A stretch of 63,552 nt of DNA, filler included, from Choristocarpus tenellus KU-1152 (taxonomy: Eukaryota > Protista > Phaeophyceae): the NCBI GenBank assembly GCA_964200185.2. It is 11 parts of 11 records of this genome, joined end to end, with 100 filler letters (N's around TTAATTAATTAA, not from the genome) between each part and the next. Parts side by side here need not be neighbours in the genome. Positions count along the whole stretch, not along the records: positions 17,920 to 23,804 come from CAXNAD020009512.1; positions 23,905 to 41,366 come from CAXNAD020000673.1; 9 more parts are not named here. The stretch is one strand, 5' to 3'. The position numbers and the translations under genes are program-made. This document shows, in pieces, positions 23,491 to 39,300 of this stretch; within the stretch, counting starts at the first letter, position 1, and the number at the start of each line of letters is the position of its first letter. Below the pieces are notes generated by a model. The model ran no database searches, was not told where the DNA came from, and worked only from the letters and a program-made list of their open reading frames with translations.

Positions 23491-24366
23491 CTTGTCGAAC
23501 AACATACAATTTCCAATTCGAAATGGGAGAACAAGAAGTATGTGCCATGCGGTTGAAACATAGCCGATGGGTGAGGCAATTGTTATTCCTCGGTCTGGTT
23601 AGCACCTTTTGTCGTGACCGTTGCCCTACTGACGCAACTGGAAGAGAATGCGCGCAGCTTCAGTGTCGTCGATGATCGGACTGATTTCATGGTGTACGTT
23701 TTTCGTACCCGACTGGTAAGACCGTAGACTGAGAGCAACATGTTAAAGTATCCCCAAAATCATCAAAGAGGATAAAGGTGATAAACCCAGCGAGATTGCT
23801 TGGTNNNNNNNNNNNNNNNNNNNNNNNNNNNNNNNNNNNNNNNNNNNNTTAATTAATTAANNNNNNNNNNNNNNNNNNNNNNNNNNNNNNNNNNNNNNNN
23901 NNNNGGTTGAGCCCCCCGCGCCCCCACCAGATATTTTGGGTTATTTATACAAGATATTGATGCCAGAGAACATGATAGCATATATCAATTACGGGGGGGA
24001 GGGAGATTTAGCTAAGTGGAACTTAACTTGAGGCTTATTGGTTCCACTAGGTATACATATCCCTTCAGGCTCATTTTTCCAAGCTTTCTTTCGTCGAATC
24101 TCAACGATGACTGCGTCCCAAACTCTCATGCCGCTCATTGTTCAATGTTCAGGATCTCTCAAAACAATTTTTCCCACTCTTTACACTGTTAAATCCGCAG
24201 TATCACAATACCATCTTTCTTTCCTCTATAGTGTTACATATGGATATATAGTATGTTTGCATACTCAACGAAACAAGCACTTCCAAATATCTTGAATAAT
24301 TGCTCAATGCAATTTAGCAAAGGACTTGAAGCGAAAGGCTCTTATCATTCCAGTTTTGAGCAGCAC

Positions 24367-27300
24367 CTGCCGAGCAAGCATTTTGGCTGGCCCCTCTTGA
24401 CCATACTCTGCCAGTAATTCCTCCGTCTCATTGGTCCAGTGAAGTTGAGATGCGTTCAGGACACACATACCTGGCCACTTCTGCATCCATACACCACGCT
24501 CAGTGTTTTGATAGTCCTGTGTGTTGAATGGGCAGAGGGTAGGAAAGTGGTCACAGCCTAGTTTTATAGAGGAGGACCGAGATATGTATATCAAGAAGCA
24601 CAAAAAATATATCTTCCTACAATCTTTAACGTGAGTTCAAGAAATATACATTGGAAAGAATCAAGACACCTGTACAAGATACTATTTGCGGCTGCTGCTG
24701 TGATCTCTTGTACTCTCCGAGGTTAATCTTTCGGAACAAAAAATCTTCTTACCGCTTAAGAGTTTCCTGTATTGACTGTACATGTATCCAGAGTAGAGTT
24801 GAATTTATGGTAGGGTAAGAATGACCGCAATGTGTTTTTCTGTGGTGTGTTGAGCTGGCATAGTTGTAGATCTCAGCTGTGATAAAGAACCAAATTAATC
24901 AAATGGGTTGTGCAAACATGGATGTGTGTGTGAAAAAAGCAAATGGAAGTATTATTGGCTAGTACGATTTGAGATAAGAGATTTTGATTGTCGCAACATA
25001 TAAAGTACCAAAATATATGGCTGGCCAGGCCTAGTAAAATAAATTCCAGCAAAAAACAGACTATGAACAGTTTCCAATATCACGCAAGCTCAATCCAAAT
25101 TCCAATTGCTGTAGCCATCAGTATCTCAGCTCCATGGAACTAAAAAAGGTAGATCCTCTACATGGATCCATCCCTTATTATAGCTTATAGTGGTCCTAAC
25201 CTGAATGGCTTTGTACATATAGTCCCGTACAGTAAGACGCATGTTGCCCTCGAGTTCCAGCATCCAATTCTCAACATTCTGGCCCTTGGGGTCTATGGGT
25301 TGCAAGAGCTTGAGCTCCTCTCCCTCAGGGGATACCATAGACCTGATAAGTAAGTCTTGGTCAAAGGTGACCTATAGCATGAACGTGTTTAACAAAGTGA
25401 GAGAGATGCCTGCTGTTATTTTGGACTAATGAGGAATCAACCAGTCTCAGTGATCCTTTGCCAGTGTCATACCTGGTGGGGCCGACAAACTTGATCCGGG
25501 TCACAGCATATCAAACGGAATGCTATGGTACCCAAAATTATTTGTAGAAATTTCTACTTGAGAGTTAGTGCAGTACTCAGGTGAATGTTGGTAGCCCATT
25601 GAGTAGTTTTCAACTGCCTATGCAATGATTGGTTTGCCCAGCACAGAACTGGGCAGGTAGTCATGCTTCAGCGGTCAATGGAAGACAATTGGTTCAATAT
25701 TGCAACTCTGGTATGATTCCAAACCTTGTCAATCCCTTCGAAGCACTTCTTAAGGTGTGGTTGAACGCGATTAACATCCTTACTTTCCGAGAGGATGGAG
25801 AGCAGCTCATCATTGGACAAGAAGTAGAGTCGAGCAAATACTGATCTCTTGGTCTCAAGATAGTCGCTGAGGCCTTTCTGTACCTCATCTAGGAACTGAA
25901 CCCCCTCTCTGCAAGGAAATGGATGAACATCATATATTGGGGATGGAGGAAGGTCAGCTCGCATCTAGGGAGCACAATCCGGTCAAAGTCTTCAAAAAAA
26001 TCAATGGGAAGACTTCAAAGTAGATTGAGAAAAAGATCTTTGGGATATGAAGATCATCTGGCATGGCAAAGACCATCCCTTAAATATTTCAAATTCATAT
26101 ACATCCCTTCAAATGTTTTTCAGGATTACAGGATAGTGAGTTCAGTATTCACTTAGGGGAGGCATAGGACATACCTACTGGTTCCTGAATACAGGTTTCA
26201 TTACTGGAAAGAAGAAATGTTGAATATCTCACACAAAAGCAATCGGGTAGTATGATCTATGTATATATCAAAATTCAACCAAACTGCAGACATTCCAATG
26301 GAGATGTAGATATTTCAGATCTCAGATCTCATTCAGAGCATTAGTGCACCTCAATTAAATGATCAACTGGTTTATTGAACTCTACAGATTTTCACTTCTA
26401 TGAGATTTAAGTTACATCGTCTGTATCTCAATGTCAATGAAGAACAATGGTGACTGTGATTTCTCCAAAGACTCACTTGAATCGTTCAAGAAGCTTTGCG
26501 TTATTGCAAAAGTCGATAACCTTGCTGTTGCTCTTGGCACTAGATATGGTATGGCGCCAATTCTTGTCCACCGTGGCAAACTTCTTTCCTTCTGCAGGGA
26601 GCTGTTTGCAAGCATGGTTTACATGTCAGTTGCTGATGATATTCAATACATGACCTGGGAAGTGCTGTTGGATGCAGGAAGCCCCTTTATTCTGTAGCAA
26701 GTATTACTATGACTCCAAGTCCATACGTATAATATTTCTTATTGATCCCACATCTTACAATATATGGCATGTTTGAAGGAAGAGGAGTCAATTCATGACC
26801 GCAATTGCACTACAATCAATATAATTACGTTTTATGTACTCATTGCAGGTCCTGAAATAATGCGAAATATATGTTCATGACATTCCATGCTTTCCTGAAT
26901 CTGCCCTGTCACAAGCTCTGATGAGCTACACTAAATTCCATTTCCATCTTGTGAAACACTGCACAAATAGGGACACGTAGTTCAAACCTGCTTGTTGATG
27001 TCGGGACTTTCAAAGATGGGTTGCAGGTAGAGCCAGTTCCTCTGCACTGCCAGCCAAGCCTCAAGTACCTCGCTGACCATGTACAGCTTGTTGTTCCAGG
27101 TGTCAATCCGCTCTGAGAACGGTCCCTTGAATGCCGAGAACTGCATTGCTTGAGTCATTGTCACCTGTAGGTTAAGGTGGAACATGAGACATCCAACTGC
27201 ACATGTATGCTGAACATGAGGATGCAATGGGAGAGCTCTCTGGCAATAGTTTGCATCTTGTTTTGTCTCCTTGGAAAAGTCAATTTCTTAATAGTTAGAA

Positions 27301-30300
27301 AGTTTACAGTAACAAGTTGTAGATTTTCAGTTTTCTTGTTGATATGGAGCTCTAGTTTGATATAACCATATTGCTTCAAGAATATTGCTGTGTGAGGACC
27401 TTCTGTGCAATTTCGATGGTGCCTTTCTATATTTTAGCCATACCCAGTACCTACTATACCCTCTTCAACGACCATCCCATCACTGCCCAGGTCTTCACCA
27501 AAATATTTGCAAAATTATGGTCAGTAATATCTACCTGCTCATCAAGAATTGCATTGATCTCGTCCACCCCTTTAAGGACCCCTGTGCCGGTTTCTCTATA
27601 GGACACAATGTCCAGATCCATGTCCACCCATTCCTTCTCCATCTTCATCAAAGCTTCCTCAATTTGGTACTCCTTGGCTGCTGACTCAGAAACCTGTTGT
27701 AGTGGGTGTAGAGTTGATCATGCTTTAGTAAATCCGAACGAAAATGAAACCAAAGGAAATTTTCTGTCCCTTGAGGGGAGATGTGTAGCTACAATAACCC
27801 TTAGAGTAGAGGACAATGGTTATATGGACTCCTATGACACACACGTGGTCCATCTATTGGGATAGGCGACGAACTCATTTTTTTTCTTCGAAAATCTATC
27901 TTGCTCAAGACCCATCAAATTTTCCCTGCATACCATGATAAACATGCCCTATCGACAATAGTACTCAAGCATCTGCAGACCTGCTCAGAAAACTAGCCAC
28001 CACTGCAATACATTGTGCCATTTTTTTTCTTCTGTAGAAATATACTCTAGAGAAGATATCATGCAATGTATACCTTGTTAATGTGATCCTCGAAGGGCTC
28101 AAGGTTTAGCTTCAGCAGGCTCTCCATTGTGTATGATTCGTCTGGCATGAGCTCATAGCCCAACTGGATGAATCAGGTAGATAGGCCAAGACCCACATTT
28201 GATCAACATCATATAAGTGGGTGTGATTAAGGGGATTGAAAGAGAGAAATTGCATGATCAATAATAATGTGACTGTATCAAACTGGAAACTGCGGAAATT
28301 TCTAACGGGTCTCCAGAATATGTTGAAGGAGGCGATTGTGGTAGAAATGTGAGAGAGGGGCAGGGCAATGGTGTGTTTGGGATGGATATGTGGGAGAGGT
28401 TATAACTTCAATTTCACCCTTTATCTGTGTTATGTTTCAACTGTAGCTTGAGAATAAGAGCAGAGCCCTGGATACCAGTGGTGTCATGATGGACTACCAA
28501 TTATCGCATTTGGAAGATTCAGCTATTCTGTTGTTCCCCTGCAAGTGTCAGCATTTTTCCGCCATTCTATCCATTAACATAAATTCTCATCATAGCCCAA
28601 ATGATCTTCAACTCAGGTTCGAATCAATGTTGAGAGAGCTTGATGCATATTATGTGTGTAAAACGAAAATACACGAATCTGGTATGACCCTTCAGCATTG
28701 ATATCTGACCCAAAACATCTGGGGGGGGGGGGGAGGGAGTCTACACTAGGGTGTCCATTTTTGCCATAACCAGGAAAAGTGCACTTACATTATTCGTCCA
28801 ATGTATGGAACCAAATCACACAAAAAATCGCGACAACAAGAAATTGGCCCCAAATGGACAGCTGTCACCCCCCCCAGATACTTTGAGAGACCTCCTCACT
28901 CAACAAGTCACAAGAAAAATCAATATCGTTCTGGGTATGAATACCTTGCTTACCTTCTCGCTGAGGGCCTTCCAGTGCCTTGGTTTCATGCCAGGGTTAC
29001 GGAGGGCAACAATGATGGGCACCTTTGGCTTGAACTCGTTAACCCTATCCTTGACAAAATTAGCAATGTTGCTCTGGCCAACCTTCCCATTGTTATCAAA
29101 GAACCGTGATGCCTTGGAGATAGTTACACCGTATCTTTTGACAGGAATGGACATAACATTGAATAGTTTATCAGAACAGTTGACCATTAAAAAATGATCG
29201 CAAAAGAAAAGCAAACTTGGGGTTAATAAGCAAATCAGACCTAGGCAGAGTCATTCAAATTTCAGAACCTGACAAAATAGCAAAGTAGGAGGGAAGGTGG
29301 TTGGAAACCATTGCATTGCTACAAATATTTGCTGTGCAACAGCTTGGTCTGCAGCTGATGGGACTTCAGACTTCAGAATAATTTGGTAAAATCTCCCTCC
29401 CCGCCATGTATTAATCCTAGCAATGACTCCGTCCATTTTTATCAGTCGAGCAGGGTAGTTGAGATATAGGCCTTGCTCCCTTCCCCAATCAATTTATTTC
29501 AATCAGTGATATCTCCAGCAATTAAACTATTATAGTATATCAATTTATCAAAGAAGCTAGAAACTGGTTCAGTGGAGCACAACCCAATCCCATACCTTTC
29601 AACATCAGCTTCCAGTTGTTCTGCATCAATAGCCAAGAATGAACCCTTTGACCAGACGTTGTAACTTTGAAACCAGTTCTGAGCGGTGGTCCAGAGGTTT
29701 GAGTAGGGCTCAAAGGACTTCTTGATTCGCAAGAGCTGGTCATAATCTGTTGGATCTTTGCCGAAAAGACCTTCGCGAGAGTTGAACAGGCGGGCTGCAG
29801 TAGGAGCAAGGGGACAAGTCAGGATTGAGCTAGCTGTCAGTTTCCTGCTTCTGTTGAAAGGACGGCCATATGTCCTTCGAACTAGGGGAGATAGTAGGTG
29901 CAAAAGTGTGGTGATGAACACATGATTTTCAGGTACGGGGTTTATGATCTACAAATTGCCCAACGGCTGGGATCTTTGCTTAAGAAGAAAATTGAGTTAT
30001 GGTCAAAGTCCCAAACGATAACATTTGCTAAGGAATATCACAATGTGAAATGTCAGAAGAGGTTACTCCCTTCGTACTGACACATATATATCATAAACAC
30101 TTTTCATGAACTCGGTGTGAATCATAGTGTCAAAAAGAAATGTTGATACATATGGTTTCTTGTCATGCTCACTCACTTAGCACTCTGGAATATATTATAC
30201 TTTGACAGATATCAAAGACCTAGTCCTCAAGACTAGAGGCTAGGAATACCTTTACTATCTGCCTCTGAAATGCGACTGGAGATGTCTGTGGTGAGCTTTG

Positions 30301-33300
30301 CAACTCTGTCCACGAGAGAAAGGTCCTCATGTTGCTCTAGACCCATGACTTCAAGCTCCAGCATGTCCAATGTGTGTAGAAAGCGTTCCTGCTCTGATAA
30401 CATCTGTGCAAGTGTGGTTGGGCATCAGAATCATTGTCATACAATATAAATAGCATACAATATATGCTGAAAATAGTGCACCATACCGGTCACATGACAA
30501 TAAATAGAGGAACCCGGCAACAATTGCAACAAATGCCCCTGCCAAGAACTTCTGGAAAAACGAGTCTGTTGGGACAGGTCAAAACTCATACCTCGTCCTG
30601 ATACAATTCCCGGCACTGATGCAAGAGATCTTTCGTTGCCTCACATTGCTGGGCAATGCGCTGTGGCCAACCAAACGCAACCCATTTGTCTGCAGAATGC
30701 ACTGAGCCTGGATCAAAAGATGACTCATCCAGGACCTGCCCCAGCAGGTGTATGTACTGTTAGCTCTAATGCGTTCTTTGAACAGCATGGATGGGGGGAT
30801 TCAATCGAGGAGAAGGAAGATCGAGGAGTAGTGCTGTGATAGAACCTTTGTAGAGTCAAATTCTGAGTCAATGAGTCCAAACATTGCACCAAAGCATTGT
30901 TTCCTTATGTCAAGTGGTGAAGCAATTTCTAGTGCAGAAGATTCTGCCCAGGAGACACAATGTGTGCGCGGTACACCACCAAATGGGTACCAGGCGACCA
31001 TCCTTGGGTTGACAAGAGGGCAGGACTGTGAATGTTTTTATCTGGCATTGAAAGCATGATGAGAATGAAGATCCTAGCTTCAGATACTCTGCATGTACAA
31101 GCATACCTCTCCATACTTCTCCATACTACTGCACATTGAGAAGGGATTCTTTACCTCGTTGCATTCCATCATTGTCTCCAGCGCTTCACATAGTGGTGCC
31201 ATGTGTGTATCAACACTCTTCAAGTACTCTTCGAGCTGCGAAACCTGTTGCAAGTAAGTGCATGTCATATCACATGAGAAAGGGGTTTGCCTGGGCACAC
31301 ATTTCGAAACATTTGTAATGCAGTGGATACTTAAAACACCTTAGAGCAATGGTCTCTCTGGCTTGTGTGAAATTATTGAACTGAAAACGGGAGGCACTTT
31401 GAATTGAATTGGGCCTGAAAAACAAGAAATTGGGCTTGGAAAACAAGTAGAGGAAAAGCAGAATGCACCCCTCCAGGCACAACACACGCACACTGATCAG
31501 GTTAGAGCAAAAATAAATTGCCAGAGACATGTACTTCATCTCACGGGTGGTCACTAAATATCGGGTATGCCTTTATGCCCAGCTGTCTGTTGGTTAGTGC
31601 TGTTGCATGTGAAAAAAGTATAAGGAAACACAGTGGACCTTAATATGAACATTGGAAGTTGTCACATTGACGAAGTACCAATACCAATGGTTGTTTGATC
31701 CACCGACTCTAAATGCAACTGATGTGAAAGTTCAATCACGATATGAGAGCCTATCCTCTAGGTATTAGAGTCAAAGCATTTAAGAGGGTAGGAATTTTTC
31801 CTGTTTGTCCATTCAGGGCTTGGGTTCCCACTGTTCTTTCATGCTCTTTTTCTTTTTTCTGTGTGATCACAGTTACAAAAATTGTATACAACTATGAAAG
31901 GTGTGTCTGGAGCAAGGATATTGACACTTGCTAGCAAACACGATAGCCAAAATTCATCAAAATCGCAACATTGAATTTATTATCCCGAAAGATGCAGCCC
32001 TACCCTCTTAAATGCTTTCGGTTTTATGTGATATATCTAGAACAAAAAATTTGCATCTTTCACATGCGTGAACTCTTGATTGTCCTATTTTTTGAAGAAT
32101 TGTTTCTTGGGAAGAGTTGGTTTATATAAAACCGCAAAATTGGAATGCCCAAACTAGGATAGGTGTCAATATGTCCAATGGTGACAAGGTGGTGCAGAGA
32201 ACATCCACAATATTCTTCTTCTTCAGGCTACTGCTACACTTAAACCCTACAAATAGGATGATTATAGCGAACACTCTTTTGGTAGACCTAACATCTACTA
32301 TCAATCTAGATAGCCTGAAGTACATGATTGACAAACCTCCTCAATATGCTTGGGCTTCTTTCGTAGCCAGGCAAGCACATCCTGGAATTTTTTTTGGCAT
32401 GCTGACGCCAAAGATTTACAGTGATCCTGATGTGCCATAAGGAGCCGCTTAGCAATTGTGGCATGTTTCTCTGCAAGGAGGTTCCTGAAGTGAGCAAGCA
32501 TGTAAGGCGTAATATGGTACCTATTATTGGGGTCAATGTGGAAGAGGCAGAAACTTTGTCATTTTTCTACTGCTTCAAACATTAGTACCATCACACCAAC
32601 ATGATCCCACCCGCATCCCATGACTGCCTGTTGCACCTGACGCTTGATGGGTCAACTGCAAATAGTCCACAGTCACATGGACCATTTGGGATGCTATCAA
32701 GGACTTCGTTCTTTGCCGCCTGAGTTGAGAATCGGAGGAAGGATGAGCTTGAGATTGAGCTGTTGGAACTCAGTGATTGTTGACTGGTTCTACATCTCCG
32801 AAAATAGGCCCCACCATGCTTAAATCTGAGTGAATGCGCTCGTTACATCCAATTATGGAAAATAGTATCGACATGTTTCCTAGCTTCACAAGGGCTTCCC
32901 TCTCATTAACATTACAACAACCAGTAGCTTACCTGAGTGTCATTTAAGATACCTCTCAAACAGGCCAGATCGACGGTCCCAACTCCTAGGCCACTGCCAT
33001 CGCCGCCATCTTCATCGTCTTGCGGAAGTGGTGGCACAGAATGTTTCAAGCTGCCTATGTACTCATCCACATCCAGGTTCAGGAAGGGGACGTATTTACT
33101 GAACTGAGCAATATACTCCTAGAGTCCAAGGGCACAAGGATTGTAGCAATTTAAAGTGTGACTGCCAATATTTGTCATACTTCCAAGGGGTTTTTTCTGC
33201 TTTTTTAGTGAGACAAGAAAAATGAAAATTTGTGTGGGGAAATTGGAGCTGGAAGCACTCAAGTTTACATGGCAGTAGAGATGGATGAGTAGAGAGGCTG

Positions 33301-36300
33301 AGGCACGAGGTATGTGTTAGCATTGTTATCTAGTCTTTTTGTGTCTTGCCCTAACACAGGCATTGTCAGAGGTACTATAGCGTGATTATCTCACTGGAAA
33401 AAAGATACAGAATCTGATCCACATTGATACAAACCAAGTATCATTACAGCCAAAAAATTAGACCCAAAGACTTGTTCCAACCATTATTGGGGAGGAAACA
33501 TGATCCCTTGCCTTGGACTTATTCCATCTCATCACAGTTGCGTGGATGTAATGCCGCAAACTGCATATCTCCCTGCCTCATTTCCTAGTCCCAGACACTG
33601 TGACTGTGAAAAAATACATCTCAGTAATACTACTTTGATGTTCTTGACATACAAGGATAACGTCAAGATATTTTCGGCGCATTCTAGAAGAGGTTGAACA
33701 TTTAAAATTTGGATTGTAAGGCGCATATATAATGACTGTACCTGAGACTCAATGCATGTAACCACTATCAGCAATTTTGTAGCTATGATAGGTGTGTTTA
33801 CATCAAGGAAATTCCCTTTTCCCGAATATACAATCCCATACATATCACCAACTTAGAAGGTAGTAAGAGAGGACCCTTAAGATCAATGGTGCATCCCTCT
33901 CTGATGTTTTGTTTTTTAATGAGATGTCATATTTACTCAAGTATAGCAGCCTATACATTGAAGTCGAATATATTCCTGACACTTTTGTAGGACTATACAA
34001 TACTGACTACCTTCCTAGCTACTCACTGGAATATATATATTTTCTCCATAGCACTTAATACTCTCTATCTTCTACCCCATGATCGCAGTTGCAATTCAGT
34101 ATAAACCATCACACTGTCCAGCCTTTCACATTAACAGTTTTTTCTATTCTATTTTGGGGGGGGGGCTCACATATGCACTGAAAACCTGATTCTAGGAAGT
34201 AACACTTTTTTGCATTTGTTAACATATGTGCTGAGGCCCCTCTCTGGTGCCTGATGCAAGTTAGAATTCTTCTTTGAATGGAAGAAGGGGTGCTGAAGGG
34301 GATGCACTGAATAGGGTGGATTGGCATGACAGAAAGTGTGTTTAACAGTGCTTGGATAGTCTGGGCCACTGCTGCTGGGGTGTGAAAGATTAGCTGGGGA
34401 ATGTTGCGCATATGCTACTGCACTTGCACTGATGATCATGCAACCATTCCTTGTGCACTACAATACCCCTTGATACTGAGAGTGAAAGTATCTCAGAGGG
34501 TAGAGTCACGTTTGTTTAGGGGCTAAAATCCAGTGCTGCGATTTTGATGTAGTTTTGACTATTGTGCTTGCTAGGAAGTGTCAATATCCTTGTTCCAGAC
34601 GTACCTTTTCATAGTTTTTTACATGATACCTACTCAAAAATATTTCAGAGTGGGAAAGTGTCATAAAAAAAAACCATGAGAAGCCAAGCCCCAAACGTAC
34701 AAACTGGGCAAAAGTCGTACCCTCTGAGATACTTTCACTCTGAATGACAAAGTATCTGTGGTATTCATACCAAGGCACTAACTACTGATTGGTACTGCAA
34801 TCAAATACCTGTGCAGCTTAAGAAATTCGTTGAGAGAAGCACATTACATATCTTTATGGACATATTAATTGGTATCGTCTCAATCGTGGCCTCACTTCAT
34901 CACCTCAAATGGCTTGATGGCCAAACTCAGGGCGTTCTCTACAGCTGTTCGGAGGTTCACCACCCAGGGCTCATTAGGGCTGGCTACAACCATGTCCTTA
35001 GGCTGGCTCCAGAAGAGGCGTTCCATTACAAATCGTTGGACCTGGGTTCAGAGAGCAAGGTGTAAGATAGGCAGCATCACACATTGGAAGAAACATGCTT
35101 CATTGTGCAATGCCTTGTCTTTGTTGGCGGTTCAGAAAAAAAATAGCAAAATATGAAGACCAAGAGGTGACGTGATACCCTGAAGGTATCATCCTGTATG
35201 TGCAGAAGCTATCAGCTGCCCATACTAATGTATATATGAATGGCTTATTTTCTGCTCTAGAGTACTCAATACAGACATATAATTCGTGGCCAAGAAACAT
35301 CAGAGTGTGGATCATAGACTAGAGCATCTCAAAAAAAATCTTTCTCCAATACTGTATTACATTATTTTGCGAGGAATGTGATTACTTGCAGGCAAGTACC
35401 TGACTGATGTCAGTCACGGCTTCAATCACAGAGTCGAAACACTGGAGAACAGTCTTGAGAAATTCCTTGGGCTGTGTGTCTGCCTCCAGTACATACCCCA
35501 GCACTGGGGGAACCTATCAAAGATCGAATATATTCAAGGTGTGGCCAGGCATGTAAGCACGATAAAGACTTCATTGTCAACGAGAAATTCAAAGTTGTGA
35601 TGCCAACCAATGTGTAATTTTCACAAATACTTCATGTGTAAACGTTGCTGGGAGAAAGGATGAGACATTCAATTATCCAAATCTCAGTGGAGGCAAACCT
35701 TTTCCGGCACATTTGTGCAAAAGAAAAAAGAGGGCTCTTCGGCACAGTTTCTAAATATACTATTTTCACCATTTCTATCACAAGAAAAAAAATGAAGCTG
35801 TGGACACCTTTAAATAGGCAACCAATGGTTGGCATACAACAAGATGCATTCCCAGAGAAACTAGTTCAACATTTCTGTGGTTTTGTTCAACTTTGTTCAT
35901 GAAGATTGCCCTCAAAGCTTACCACCCAACTTCAGATAAGGTTAGGGGTTGGACCAGGACTTTTGATGGGGGTATCTGGTACCTCAGAATGAAATCATTC
36001 CAATATTTCTCTGGGCAGCAGTCTTATTTTTTTAGTCAGATATGGACGGAATTGTAGTCATACATTCGAGTGGTATGTTGATGACCCTACCTCAGCCACT
36101 GGACATACTGCACCATCCTCTTTATCCTCAGTAGAGATCCTCCACTCCTTGATCCGTATTGTCGCCTCTTCCATCTCTTCTTTGTTCAAAATGTTTCTGA
36201 ATGTAGAAAAATATGTGCATGCATGTTAATCTGGGCAAGCTCAGAATTTTAGTCTTTTTTTTTTCTATGCTTCGCGACTTCTTTTTTCTGATAGTCTTCT

Positions 36301-39300
36301 CCCCAAGACTACCTAGAATGTTTTTGAGGGGGATACTTACATGTCCATGACTGCTCTATCAGTAAATTGCACTTGGCACCTTTTGTTGGTATCACCGTCT
36401 CTCTATGCATATGATTTCTATCAGGTCTGCAGGGAATCAATTGTATTCTGATTATTCTGAACAAACTGTGTCACTCTATTCTAGCTGTTGATTCCCTCGA
36501 AGAACCTGCTCTACCTCCTCCTAGATATCTAGTTAGTTCCCTTATAGGCTTGGACCTACCTGTTGATAGCCACTTATTAACAATGAAAAAATGTTAATGT
36601 AGTGTCTCGTCTACCCTCGCCCTTCAATTGTACAAAAAGACGGCATCCTCACCTTATCTTCCTATCCACCTACACCACATTCGCAAAGTAAATTCTATTT
36701 GTTTCTTACCTCTGTATGGATTTGGCCACTTTCACATTAAAAAGAGGCGGTAGCTCCCCGCGTTTCTTCATTTCTCCCTTTCTCCAGGTAGTGTCTGTTT
36801 CTTGATTTTCAGTGTCCAGAAGGTCAACTTGATCAAACACCAAGATCTCATTCGTCCCCTTCACTTGCACCTTGAGGATAATAGGGGCTTGGAGTGTGTG
36901 TATAACCTTGTCTAAGAATTGGGGGTGGGAAACTATGGCCAAGGATTAATACAGCACACCTCACCTCGCAGCTGCAGCACCTCAAAATATACTCTGCAAA
37001 GTCGTTGAGACTTGACTCCGTGACAGTTTTCAAGGAATCAGTCATGTTAAAGTTCGCCCAACTCAGAAACTTCTTTATCTCAGAGCACTGAAAGCGTTCA
37101 AAGGTGGTTATGGAGACATCAAAGCGTGGCTCAATCAGATTCAGTCCATGGCCATTTTTTTCTCCTGACGACCAAATCAAGGCGGAAGAATGGTGGTCAG
37201 ATGATTAGAGTACATTTCTCACTCGCTGAACATGCAGATATAGTTTGACAGCAATAGTGCAACAGAAAACTGAGCCCACCCTCTCTATTCTTCCTTGATG
37301 TTCTGTAAATCATTCCACAATTGCCCCAGCGAATCGAGGGGAAGGCAATTACCTGCAACAGTCCCTTCAACAGAGCACACATCCTTTCATAAAGTACCTC
37401 AAAATACAATATTAATATCAGCATCATATTTTGCACTGTTGGGATTGTTGAGGGGTGCAAAATTTGCTGATCTTGCAAAAAATCTCTGTAGAGCCTATTC
37501 TTCGTTTCTCTTTCTTCTTCTCCTCCTTGTTTCACTTGATTACGGAATCATCAAAGTCAGAGCACAGGAGAAGATACACAACACCAAAGTAGGTGGGTAG
37601 GGGCGGGTGTTGACTCCTTGTGTCATGAGGAGGGGCAAAGAAGAGATGAATAGAAGTGAGTAAATGTCCACCCTACGGAAGATGGACAAACTTTTCATTC
37701 TACTCACCTTTCTCGCCAGCCTCGACTCCAGTACCAATAGTGCTTCGTCATGTTCACAAAGAAGTTCAAAACAATTTAGTGACCAGCAATGGACATGGCA
37801 GAATAGTTTGGTGAACAGAGGATTCAGGGGAAGTTAGATTAGCAATGTAGCACAACCAGGTCAACGAGTGGATGGTCGGATGGGTAGGCAGGGTATTTTA
37901 AGGCAATGGAAAAAACAGACTGTGCTCAATGGGTGAAAAAAGAAAAACTAATTTGTGGGTCAAAGAATCTTAGAGGGTAGAGCGGAGTCCATTTGGGGGC
38001 CGAAATCCAATGTTGCGATTTGGTTGTAATTTTGGGGATTGCGTTTGTTGGGAAGTGTCAATATCCTTGTTCCGAACACACCTTTTCATATCGTATACAT
38101 TTTACCTACCCCAAACAGAAAAAACATGGCAAAACCCGTACCCTCTACGAAATCTTCACTCTTGTTGCAGCTCTATTACAGTATAATGATCTTTTAATAA
38201 ATTTTCCTTCAGAGGTAGTTGATACTGATTTCATATTCTTGATTTTGTGAGTCTCTGCTATCTTACTGTAGCCTGAACAAATGTTCAAGGGAGATGACCG
38301 GACGCAACCAGTTGGAGTATAATATATATAATATATATATAGAACATGTGTATTTATCAATCAGTTTTCATGTTCAATCTTGTGGCAGATTTTCTGCACC
38401 CTATGCTCACACCAAAACGTTTTTACTAGATTTTTCTGTACTTGCAACTAGGAGCTCGCACCCTTGGGACGAAGTCCCTGGCTGCCTTATGTGGACTCCG
38501 CCTGATTCATTCAGGACATGCTGTTGTCCTTTAAAAGTGTTCCGAATGGAGGTGGCTGCTCTCTGAAGCCAATCCTCCCAGAAAACCCTCTTCACATGTT
38601 TAATTGCCTCTGCCTGTGACCTAGAGAACACAACCAGCTCCTGGGGTACCTGTGGTGCGAGTGTCCAGTTTGGGTACAGGTAAAGTTGTGAGAACACCTC
38701 TACTTTTTTCCTGCTTTAGAACAAGAATTCTAGGCGGTGTCTATAGGAGCATGTTGTTGAAAAAAAATATAGTACTCAGTACACAGTGGTCAGGGATAAT
38801 TCAAAAATTAGGATCGGATACTATGCTAAACAAAACAATAGGTCAGGTACTCATAATACTTGATTTGCCAAGTTTTACACCCCACCTCATGTGTGCTCCT
38901 CAGAGCAAGCACATCCAGCAGCCAGATGCAGTCTTGTCGAACACCTAGAGCTGCTGTAACTGCTGCCTGGCTCGTACGAAATGTGGCCAATCTGAACGAT
39001 TTGGTCACAGCTATATCCCAACCAAAACACAAGAATGAGTGTGAAGGGATGAGTGTGAAGGGATGAGTGTGAAAAAAAAATCCAGAACTGATTTGTTGTA
39101 AGTTCTTAGGAAAGCCAGCAATGGACAGGCATGTAAGTGCTCCAGTTTTTTTTGTAGTGCATTGCAGCTTCATCCCCACATACGTACGTCATCTTGAGTG
39201 TGGCTCAAGGTTCAGAGCAAGAAAACTTTGAGGAAACTCAATATATTTCATCTGCTATGTGTAATCTATCTTTCCACTCTACACACTCAAGATCAATAAT

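Noticed and set aside
37353-37397. Candidate dynein exon [15 protein letters not shown]
   Set aside because: It is phase 0/0 and incompatible with the phase-1 junction between the neighbouring exons.
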